Assembly (NCBI GenBank): GCA_011369445.1 | Contig: DRQF01000120.1 | Location: 847-64,846, forward strand | From: Planctomycetota bacterium | GTDB taxonomy: Bacteria; Planctomycetota; GCA-002687715; DRQF01 | DNA: 64,000 bases | Direction: 5' to 3' | Shown: piece by piece, positions 56,369 through 64,000 of the stretch | Numbering within the stretch: position 1 is the first letter of the stretch | Layout: the number at the start of each line of letters is the position of its first letter | Program-made: the position numbers and the translations under genes | The notes under the pieces: generated by a model | Seen by the model: the letters and a program-made list of their open reading frames with translations, nothing else | Databases searched by the model: none | What the model was told of the DNA's origin: nothing

Positions 56369-57424
56369 ATGAAACTCATTCTCACCGCAGTCCTCCTGCT
56401 CGGGAGCCTCCTTCCTCTCTCTCTCAATGCCCAGGAGGAGAACGCCACCTGGTACCCCGACTTCGACAAGGCCGTCGCGGCCGCCAAGGCGAGGAACCTC
56501 GACCTTCTGGTCGATTTCACGGGATCCGACTGGTGCATCTGGTGCAAACGCCTCCATGACGAGGTCTTCTCCAAGGAAGCCTTCCTGAACAACGTCCAGA
56601 ACAAGTACATCCTCGTCGCTCTCGACTTCCCCCGTTCCGACGAAGCCAAGGCGAAGGTCCCCAATCCGGCCCGCAACCAGGAGCTCTCCGAGAAGTACGG
56701 CATCCAGGGCTTCCCCACGGTCCTTCTCATGACGCCGGACGGCGAGGTCTTCGGTCGCACCGGCTACCAGAAAGGCGGCCCCGAGAAGTACGTCGAGCAT
56801 CTCGACAGCCTCGCCAAGTCCGGCAAGGCCGCTCTCGAAGCCGCCAAGAAGCTCCCGGCCGAATACGACGCCGCCGACGAGGCGGGCAAGCCCGCCGTGC
56901 TGGAGAAAGCCTTCGCGCTCCTCGCCACGATGAAGGCGGATAGCCCCGGCATCCGTATCATCGCCAAACTCGCCAAGAAGGCCTTCACCCTCGACCCCAA
57001 GAACGAAAAGGGACTCAAGGCCAAGGCCACGATGGCGCTCCTTTCCGCAGGTCAAGTCGACGATGACGTCTCCGCCGCCGCAAAGGAGCTCGACCCCAAG
57101 AACGAAAAGGGCATGCTCGAGAAGGTCGTCTACCAGCAGATGAATTCGGTCTCGAACTTGGACCAGCTCAAGGAGGCCGTGAAGTCCATCGAAGCCCTCA
57201 TGGCTCTCGGCCCCATCAAGGACAAGGAGGTGGAAAAGGAGCTCTGCGTCAATGCGGCGTTCTGGAGCTTCCAGCACCTGAAGGACACCGAGAAAGCCAA
57301 GAAGTTCGGCGCGCGTGCGCGCGAGCTCACCGGCGACGATCCCCGCTTCGCACGCCTTTGGAAGATGATCTTCGGCGACGAAGGGAAGAAGGGCGACGAC
57401 GGCAAGGGCTCTGACGACAACTGA
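56369..57424 (+). CDS. Exported thioredoxin-family protein with helical C-terminal repeats
   Basis: Signal peptide; DFTGSDWCIWC, GFPT cis-Pro loop. Confidence 0.88.
   Translation: MKLILTAVLLLGSLLPLSLNAQEENATWYPDFDKAVAAAKARNLDLLVDFTGSDWCIWCKRLHDEVFSKEAFLNNVQNKYILVALDFPRSDEAKAKVPNPARNQELSEKYGIQGFPTVLLMTPDGEVFGRTGYQKGGPEKYVEHLDSLAKSGKAALEAAKKLPAEYDAADEAGKPAVLEKAFALLATMKADSPGIRIIAKLAKKAFTLDPKNEKGLKAKATMALLSAGQVDDDVSAAAKELDPKNEKGMLEKVVYQQMNSVSNLDQLKEAVKSIEALMALGPIKDKEVEKELCVNAAFWSFQHLKDTEKAKKFGARARELTGDDPRFARLWKMIFGDEGKKGDDGKGSDDN
56990..57111 (+). repeat. Exact 23-bp direct repeat within the CDS (LDPKNEKG x2)
   Basis: CTCGACCCCAAGAACGAAAAGGG at 56990-57012 and 57089-57111, 99 bp apart. Confidence 0.85.
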
Positions 57425-57473
57425 TCCCGGCCATTTCGAAGCGGCGTCGAGGTGACCCCTTGACGCCGCTTTT

Positions 57474-58613
57474 CTATTCCAGGCTTCCCCTCCAACGCGG
57501 ATGCTTCGTCGACATGTCGAAGGCGCAGGTCGGCGGCGCTTTTCTCGAACCCTCGAGAACCGAAGCGATCCAAGACTCGAGCTTCAGGACCACCATTTTC
57601 CGCCGCAATCGCCCCTGCATGTCGCGATTGAGGATCGTGGGGACGCTGTTCGTCGTCACGATCTCGTCCAGAAACGGCTTGAAGAGGTTCTCGCGACATT
57701 CATCGGACGAGTAGAAGTGGGTCACCGCGAACACGACCCGCCGCGGATTCCCCTCTCGAATGCGCCGGCAGCATTCCAGAATGGTTCCGCCCGTCCTCAC
57801 CATGTCATCCACGATCAGGACATCTCGCCCGGCCACATCGTCCATGCCGCAGGGGCTTTCCTCGGCGACCGTCGAGGTCACCCGCCGCTCATCGGTCCTC
57901 ACCTTGGCGAGCTGCAGAAGGCCCGCGTCGGGGAGACCAAGAGCCGACCGCACCTCCTCGGCAAACCCCGCAGCGCCCTCGTCCGGCGCGCAGATCACGA
58001 CGCTCCTGCCGTTGTCGCCAGTCTCGATCACGTCGGAGCTTCGTAGGTACTGGGCAAACACAGGGGCCGGAGAGAGGTTCTCATAGCCCCCATCAAGAGC
58101 CTCATCGAATTCAGCCCCCACGGACGCCGAGTGGTTGTGAACGGTCATCACCCGATCCACGCCCGCCAGAGACAGCGCCTGAGCGTAGAGCCTGGCCGAG
58201 AAGGGCTGACCATCGAACTTCGAGAAGTCACGCTCGTCTCGAGGAAAGTCCGTCCGCCCCTGGTCCGGACGAGCCCCTCGGTCTTGGGCGCTGTAGAACA
58301 GGTCCGGCTCGACGAGAATGACGCGCTCGGCGCCGTTGTCCTTCGCGCTGCGCGCTACCAGGAGAGTGCGCATGGCCAAAGCGTCTCTCGAAAGCCAAGC
58401 CGACGCCGTCGACACGACGACGACATGGCGGCCCGCGAGACCGTACCCCGGGCGATGTCCCCCCTCTCCGATGAAGCGAGGGCAAAACTCACCATTGGCG
58501 AAGTTCTTGAGAGAGATGACGTCCGAGATGTCATCGCGCTGACCGAGAAAACGTCCGACGTCGATGGCGAAGGGGTCGTCCGACTCGGTGCCGACTACGA
58601 GAAAGGGTTTCAT
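57474..58613 (-). CDS. prs: Ribose-phosphate pyrophosphokinase-like protein (divergent)
   Basis: FANGE, YSAQDR, APDEGA, PRPP-binding VLIVDDMVRTGGT, TH, TTNS. Confidence 0.75.
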   Translation of the reverse strand: MKPFLVVGTESDDPFAIDVGRFLGQRDDISDVISLKNFANGEFCPRFIGEGGHRPGYGLAGRHVVVVSTASAWLSRDALAMRTLLVARSAKDNGAERVILVEPDLFYSAQDRGARPDQGRTDFPRDERDFSKFDGQPFSARLYAQALSLAGVDRVMTVHNHSASVGAEFDEALDGGYENLSPAPVFAQYLRSSDVIETGDNGRSVVICAPDEGAAGFAEEVRSALGLPDAGLLQLAKVRTDERRVTSTVAEESPCGMDDVAGRDVLIVDDMVRTGGTILECCRRIREGNPRRVVFAVTHFYSSDECRENLFKPFLDEIVTTNSVPTILNRDMQGRLRRKMVVLKLESWIASVLEGSRKAPPTCAFDMSTKHPRWRGSLE

Positions 58614-58645
58614 ACCCCCTTTGTATCACGGGTCGCCCGAGGTCG

Positions 58646-60067
58646 TCAGCGAATGTGGCGAACGAGGGAATCTTCGAGAGGGCGGTCCGCGTCGGCTCGC
58701 TTGATACTCACAATGAGGCCGTTCGGCACCCGCCGACCGAGGTATTCCACCCGCAACCGGTGCCAACCCGGCTCGAGAAGGAGGGTCTCGTGGGCGAGCT
58801 TATCCTTCCTGCGGGGCGATTCATCCAGAATGCGCACGCCGTCGACCCAGAGGCGAAAACCCTGCTCGAACACCACCATGAAAGTGTAGTGCCCTCCCTT
58901 GGCAATGGGAATCCAGCCCCGCCAATCGCCTACGAATCCGCGAGCCGGAATCCCGCGGGCGGGAGCCGACCACCGCCATTGGCCTCGAATCCGCCGTTCG
59001 GTCCTGGTGACCACCGCTCGAGGATCTGAGAGAGACCGATAGGTTGCTTTCCACCCGGGGACGAGACGTCCGGATTTCTCCTGTCGCTGCCCCTCCTCAT
59101 CGACACGGGCCTGCAAGGCCTTCCAATGCGGGGGTCGCATCAGCGTGGCCATCAACAGGGCGCGATAGTCGCTCTTGGCCCCCTTGGAGTCCGCGAGAGA
59201 GTCCAGAATCCGAAGGGTCTTCTCATAGTCCCCGGCTTTCAACCCGGCGAGGGCCCGGTTCCAGGAGAGGGCCGCATCGTCCCCGAGATACGCGCCGGCC
59301 TTCTTGAACCATTTCGACGCAGCGTTGTGGTCGCCTCGCTCCCCGTGGATGATGCCCAGATTGAGCATGGCCTCCGCGAGATGGGGCCACAGTTCGAGGG
59401 CGGCCAGGAATCGTTTCTCCGCCTCGGCGCTCCGTCCGGCGTGCCAGAGGATGAACCCCTCGTTGTTGAGAAGGTGCGCCACCACCGCACGATCATCGAG
59501 AGGAGAGAGATAGGCGCCTGACTCAGCGCCCTTCTTCGTCGTCACTCTCTTGGCGTAGAAGCGGTCGGATCGAAATCGCCCTCCCTCGGTGGTCTCGATG
59601 TTGAAATGGTGGCCCCCCTCCTCCCAGCGCAGAAAGACGTGACGGGGAACGGCGACCAGGTGCACCGGCAGTTTCAATCGGCGGGAGACAGAGAGGATCA
59701 TGGCGGAAAGCGAAAGGCAGTAGCCCTCGCGACTCGCCAGCACGCTGCCCAGATAGAAGGCCTCGGGGGAGGTGAGGTCCGGCGTCGACGAGAACAGCTT
59801 TTCCTGGAAGAAATAACGCGCCAAAGCGCTGGCCCGTTCCTCGGGGCGGACAAGCCCCTTCAGTCGCCGCCCCAATTCGAGCTGAAAGACATCCAGATCG
59901 GCGCGCGCCCGGCCCTCATGAAACTCGGGGCGGGCTTTCTTCGCCAGGGTGAGAAGAACGTGACGCAGGTCGGGCGCCTGGCCTGCGAGCGACCGAGAAA
60001 CGCCCGCGCACAGAAGCAAGATGACAGCCGCGACGCCAATCCGCCGCGGCTGTCGATCAGAACTCAT
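58646..60067 (-). CDS. Exported SirB1/transglutaminase-like + TPR + PA14 domain protein
   Basis: Signal peptide; REGYCLSLS, PRHVFLR, NIETT; TPRs (AMLNLGII); PA14-like W.GWI...G.YTF...GFRLWVDG...LEPGWHRLRVEY. Confidence 0.75.
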   Translation of the reverse strand: MSSDRQPRRIGVAAVILLLCAGVSRSLAGQAPDLRHVLLTLAKKARPEFHEGRARADLDVFQLELGRRLKGLVRPEERASALARYFFQEKLFSSTPDLTSPEAFYLGSVLASREGYCLSLSAMILSVSRRLKLPVHLVAVPRHVFLRWEEGGHHFNIETTEGGRFRSDRFYAKRVTTKKGAESGAYLSPLDDRAVVAHLLNNEGFILWHAGRSAEAEKRFLAALELWPHLAEAMLNLGIIHGERGDHNAASKWFKKAGAYLGDDAALSWNRALAGLKAGDYEKTLRILDSLADSKGAKSDYRALLMATLMRPPHWKALQARVDEEGQRQEKSGRLVPGWKATYRSLSDPRAVVTRTERRIRGQWRWSAPARGIPARGFVGDWRGWIPIAKGGHYTFMVVFEQGFRLWVDGVRILDESPRRKDKLAHETLLLEPGWHRLRVEYLGRRVPNGLIVSIKRADADRPLEDSLVRHIR

Positions 60068-60075
60068 GGCTGGAC

Positions 60076-60456
60076 TCAGAGAGCCTTGGCCAATTCGAGC
60101 AGGTTGTCGATGTGTTGTCCGGTCAGTCGAATGTCGTAACCCAGAACCTCGACCTGGTTCCTCTCGCGGCCACGGAACACGCGAAACTGTTGCGGTGTCA
60201 AGACGCCCGCCGCCGCGGCGACGAACTCATGGGCATGCATCTCGTGCGCCTTGCAGCCCAACTCGCGATGGGACTTCGCCCACTTGACCTTGAAGGTATG
60301 GGCGTACTCAGCAATCTCGCTCCGCTGAGCGGGTGTGAGTTGCATTTTCCTCAGCTTCTGCTGCGCGAGGAGAAACTCCTCGGAATGGCAGAGCTTGCCC
60401 GCCATCAGGAACACGACGCCGAGCAGCGCCAAGGTGGTCACGGAACGTTTCAACAT
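60076..60456 (-). CDS. Periplasmic LTxxQ (Spy/CpxP-like) protein, His/Cys-rich
   Basis: Signal peptide; LTPAQ and LTPQQ motifs flanking HRELGCKAHEMHAHE. Confidence 0.6.
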   Translation of the reverse strand: MLKRSVTTLALLGVVFLMAGKLCHSEEFLLAQQKLRKMQLTPAQRSEIAEYAHTFKVKWAKSHRELGCKAHEMHAHEFVAAAAGVLTPQQFRVFRGRERNQVEVLGYDIRLTGQHIDNLLELAKAL

Positions 60457-60595
60457 GGGCCGGTCTCCTTTTTCTAACGATGGTTATCGTCCCACGGGGG
60501 GGGCCCCGAGTCCAGGACAATTTCATGGGCGCCGCCAGTGCATTTCAGACGACGGCGGGAGCGAAACAACGATCCCCTCCTGACGGTCTCGGGCC

Positions 60596-61096
60596 TCAGC
60601 GGCCACTCTCCGCCAACTTGTCCAGCAGCGTCTGCAGGGCCTCGGCCTGCATGCCGAGCATTTCGTTCTTGGTCTTCAAAGCCTTCATACGAACGTCCCC
60701 CGCGGGAACCTTCGCGTCCGTGAGCTTGCGATACTCGGCCTTCGTGCGTTTCCACTCGGCCTTCAGATTCTCGAGCGCTTTCACAAGGACGGCCTTGTCG
60801 GCGGCCTTGTCGCCGGTCAGTTTCACCCCCGCCAAATCCAAGGCGTCGCTCTTCTTGGCAGCCCCGGGACGCCTCATCAAATCGTCGATGAGCCCACCCG
60901 CCCCCTGTTTCGTCTTCGACGGGGAAGCGACAGGTTTCGACTCGCCCTTGGATTCCGTGTCGGAAGCGGTCTTGGAGGATGAATCCTCGACTTCGTTGGG
61001 CGAATTCGGGTTCGCCTCGTCCTTCGCGGTGCAGCCCACGCCGCAGCAGATCAGCAAGACAACGAGCGCGAGGCCGTACAAACTTGACTTGTTCAC
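60596..61096 (-). CDS. Hypothetical lipoprotein with Lys-rich coiled coil
   Basis: GGAGGAG RBS, GTG start, hydrophobic core ending GVGC lipobox. Confidence 0.65.
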   Translation of the reverse strand: MNKSSLYGLALVVLLICCGVGCTAKDEANPNSPNEVEDSSSKTASDTESKGESKPVASPSKTKQGAGGLIDDLMRRPGAAKKSDALDLAGVKLTGDKAADKAVLVKALENLKAEWKRTKAEYRKLTDAKVPAGDVRMKALKTKNEMLGMQAEALQTLLDKLAESGR

Positions 61097-61126
61097 TTCC
61101 CGTCTCCTCCGGTTCTTGCCCAACAG

Positions 61127-61151
61127 GACGACTGGGAATCGGAAAGGTTCC
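61127..61151 (-). promoter_or_regulatory. Candidate ECF-sigma promoter
   Basis: GGAAC-N16-CGTC on the minus strand ~30 bp upstream of the lipoprotein start. Confidence 0.4.
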
Positions 61152-61177
61152 AAACTTATCTCTGAGCTTTTCTGGAT

Positions 61178-63010
61178 TCAGCGCGTGGAAAGCACCATCC
61201 GACCGTGCTCGGGGTCGTTCTCCATGCGGAACTTGGAGAGGAAATCCATTCCCAAAAGCCCCTTTTGTCCGAGGCCCGGAAGATCTCCCACGATGACCGA
61301 CAGCCCGGTGACCTCGAGGGGGCCGAGCCCGAGCGCGCGGGTCGGGGTGTAGGGAAGAATGCGCTCGCTTCCAGCCGTCTTGACCTTGACCTTCGGGATG
61401 CGATTCGAAAGATCGAGTCCCGCCCTGCGGGCCAGCCCGACCGGCACCATCGTGCTCGTCGCTCCCGTGTCGAGGATGAAATCTCCCCCGACTCCGTTCA
61501 CCGTCACCTGAACGACGACACTGCGGGAGCCTGGTGGATAGTCGATCAGCATGCGCCCCGGCCCAGCCGTGAATCGCTCCGCCCGGCGAATCTCCGGCCA
61601 GAGGACCTCGGCGAGGGAGCCGTCGAGGTTCATGGCTTCCCGGTACGCCTCAATCGCCCCTTGGTAGTCCCGCAGGCGCAAAAGGAGGTCTCCCTCGAGG
61701 CGCGCCAACTCTCCGCTGAGGACGCCCAGCGCCCGCGCCCCATCGACGACATCCAGGGATGAACGGATCCTCCCCGACTTCGCGAGTTCCTTCGCCCAGG
61801 AGAGATGGAGCTCGGCGAGGGGTTCACGGATGTCGCCGTGGCCCTCGGGATCGTCTCGTTGCGCATCAAGAGCCTCCGAGACCGCGCGAGCAAAGTCCCG
61901 GAGGGCCCGGGCGGCCCGCATGCGTTCCCAGTGGAAGTCGCCGTCATTCGGAAAGTCGCCGAGGGCCTCGTCCAACCAGAGAGCTCGCCGGCGCGCGGCC
62001 CGCGCCAACGGTGCCGCGTCGAGCCTCGCCCAGTGGCACTCACGCATCTCCTCGCCCACCGACTCGCGCAGACCCGGATCCCGGGCGAGCGCGTCCCGGT
62101 ACGAAACAAGGGCGTCGCCGTAGCGACGGTAAGCCTTCAGGCGTCTGGCGCGAGCGAGGTGACCCGCCGCGGTTTCATCGAAGAAGAGACGCTTGAACTC
62201 GACGAGAGACATGTCGGTCCTCTCGAATTGCTCCAGGTTGGCGGCGCCGACAGGAAGAAAGGATTCCCCGGCCACCGCCGCGCCTTCCGGCGGGACGAGC
62301 CCCAAGAGCCGATCGAACCGGTCGAAGACCGCGCCCCCGGCCGCGCCGCATCCCCGCACGTCGAGAACCCCCACGGCAAGACCCAGTTTCTCGTCATAGG
62401 AGGTCTCGATCCATTCCGTGGGGACACCCTCGGCGCGGCCCGCACCCCGCACCCAAACGCCCACGGGTGGCGAGGGAGCCGTCCCCGCCAGTTCCACCAC
62501 GTCGCCCATCACCGGCCCGACGACGGCCAACCGAAGAGTCCGAGAACGCCCGAGCACCTTCAACGCACCCACGGCACGCCCCTGCTCGTCGACCAGACCG
62601 ACCGCACCATCGATGAGAACCTGAGGAACCAGCCATCCGGCGGCCCCAAGCATCTCGACGCGCACCGGAACCCCCACACCCTCGCGGAGGCGTCTCCCGT
62701 CCGCGCCGACCGAAGCCAAGGGCACCACGGCAGGGCGCCTCGGGGAGGGGTCTTCCTTTCCCTCAGGCCGAGGACTCTCGGCCACCGGACTCTCCTTCTC
62801 CACCGGCGCGGTCCTTGGCTCCAAGAGTGGGTCGGGAGCCTCTGTTGTCTCCTGAAAGTCCTTCACCGGAGGCAACATGGCGTCTCCCTGCTCCTCATCG
62901 GAAGGCTCTGGGGCGGTCATCCGACCCAGGAGAAACCCCACCCCCAGGAGCAGAACGGACCCCAAGACCATGAAGAGAGCTTTCCTTGGCATCGACTTAT
63001 CCGTACTCAT
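61178..63010 (-). CDS. Membrane-anchored protein: degenerate trypsin-like region + TPRs + retropepsin-like aspartic protease
   Basis: N-terminal TM; GAAGGAVFD; TPRs; C-terminal FILDTGATST...GLLGMDFL. Confidence 0.8.
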   Translation of the reverse strand: MSTDKSMPRKALFMVLGSVLLLGVGFLLGRMTAPEPSDEEQGDAMLPPVKDFQETTEAPDPLLEPRTAPVEKESPVAESPRPEGKEDPSPRRPAVVPLASVGADGRRLREGVGVPVRVEMLGAAGWLVPQVLIDGAVGLVDEQGRAVGALKVLGRSRTLRLAVVGPVMGDVVELAGTAPSPPVGVWVRGAGRAEGVPTEWIETSYDEKLGLAVGVLDVRGCGAAGGAVFDRFDRLLGLVPPEGAAVAGESFLPVGAANLEQFERTDMSLVEFKRLFFDETAAGHLARARRLKAYRRYGDALVSYRDALARDPGLRESVGEEMRECHWARLDAAPLARAARRRALWLDEALGDFPNDGDFHWERMRAARALRDFARAVSEALDAQRDDPEGHGDIREPLAELHLSWAKELAKSGRIRSSLDVVDGARALGVLSGELARLEGDLLLRLRDYQGAIEAYREAMNLDGSLAEVLWPEIRRAERFTAGPGRMLIDYPPGSRSVVVQVTVNGVGGDFILDTGATSTMVPVGLARRAGLDLSNRIPKVKVKTAGSERILPYTPTRALGLGPLEVTGLSVIVGDLPGLGQKGLLGMDFLSKFRMENDPEHGRMVLSTR

Positions 63011-63198
63011 CCTCCCTCGTCCCTCCGACCGAGCAGGATACCTTCCGAGAGATGAAAACTCGAAAGATTTGACACGGTAGGCCTCCACGGGGAAGATACA
63101 CATCGCCCTTCATTTGCAGATCGTTAGGTCGAGAGGGTTCCATCGTGGGCGCCCGGCCGCAATTCGACACACCAGGAACGAGTCTTAGAGGGAATGTC

Positions 63199-64000
63199 AT
63201 GCATTCGAGGATCGGTTCACTTTTCGCGCTTCTGGCACTGACCGTCGCCGCGCAGGCCCAGATTTCGACGGCCCGCACAGACGTCACGGCTTCCCATCTC
63301 ATTCTCAACGTCATCAGTCCGACGGACACCCAGGAAGTCGACTTCGCCACGGGTGACATCGACAATGACGGGGACCTCGACATCGTCGTCGGTCGCAAGT
63401 CTCCCTTCACGACACTCGGTCCCAAGAAGAACATCCTCCTTTTGAACAACGGTACGGGTGTGTTCACGGACGAGACCACGACCTACACCAACTGGAACAC
63501 CCACCTCAACGATACCCGTGACATCGAGCTCGCGGACATGAACAACGACGGCTGGCAGGACGTCATCTGCTACAACTCCGAAGACGAGCCCACCGAGATC
63601 TTCCTGAACCTGGGGCAAGACGCCTCCGGGAACTGGCTCGGCATCAGCGCGTCGATCATCCAGGTCTTCGCGGCGCAGACCAACTTCAACATCTGCGGCG
63701 GGTCCACGATCGACTACAACGTCGACGGACTGCTCGATCTCGTGCGCGCCGACTACCAGAGTTCCAACGAGGACGACATCCAGGAACAGCAACCCGGGTT
63801 GACGTTCCAGAATATGACGTCGCTTCTTCCCGCGACGTTCTGGGGGAGCAGTTTCGGCACGACGGTGCAGACACGCGATCCCGCAAACGGGGGCATCCTC
63901 GACCTCAACAACGACGGCAACGTCGATATGATCCTCATCGGCAGTTCCGAGGTGAAGGCCGCCTACACCGACGGCATGGGAGGATTCCTCGCTTCTCACA
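63199..64000 (+). CDS. Secreted FG-GAP/VCBS repeat protein, 3'-partial
   Basis: Not in the ORF track because it has no stop in the window. MHSRIGSLFALLALTVAAQAQ signal, then GDIDNDGDLDIV, ADMNNDGWQDV, DYNVDGLLDLV, DLNNDGNVDM repeats. Confidence 0.85.
   Translation, partial: MHSRIGSLFALLALTVAAQAQISTARTDVTASHLILNVISPTDTQEVDFATGDIDNDGDLDIVVGRKSPFTTLGPKKNILLLNNGTGVFTDETTTYTNWNTHLNDTRDIELADMNNDGWQDVICYNSEDEPTEIFLNLGQDASGNWLGISASIIQVFAAQTNFNICGGSTIDYNVDGLLDLVRADYQSSNEDDIQEQQPGLTFQNMTSLLPATFWGSSFGTTVQTRDPANGGILDLNNDGNVDMILIGSSEVKAAYTDGMGGFLASH

Noticed and set aside
60496-60503. G8 homopolymer upstream of the LTxxQ gene (possible phase variation)
   Set aside because: Short run in GC-rich DNA with no evidence of variability.

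Overview
High-GC bacterial chromosomal window. The many signal-peptide proteins, carboxypeptidase-regulatory-like repeat proteins, FG-GAP protein and multi-domain Ser/Thr kinase suggest a Planctomycetota-like organism (inference only). The left ~3.5 kb looks like a decayed island at the 3' end of tRNA-Val(TAC). It holds an IS256-family transposase (partial), a short tyrosine-recombinase relic and an AbiE-like (type IV TA) gene pair preceded by a perfect 22-bp palindrome. Beyond the tRNA lie two paralogous orphan zinc-finger (ZAS-like)/membrane/HEAT-like genes flanking an unknown 81-aa gene. The rest mixes housekeeping genes (birA, hemB, aceE, pepN, prs-like, Nif3-like, YigZ) with many exported proteins. 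Notable loci are a secreted gluzincin metalloprotease translationally coupled to a lipid-carrier glycosylation operon, a pseudokinase-kinase receptor with four ~168-aa repeats and an FGE-like domain, and a lexA-imuA-imuB-dnaE2 cassette. The cassette has an E. coli-type LexA and three CTGT-N8-ACAG boxes, two of them in a phased array inside imuA. No CRISPR array or rRNA was seen. All calls come from motif recognition by eye; no database search was run.
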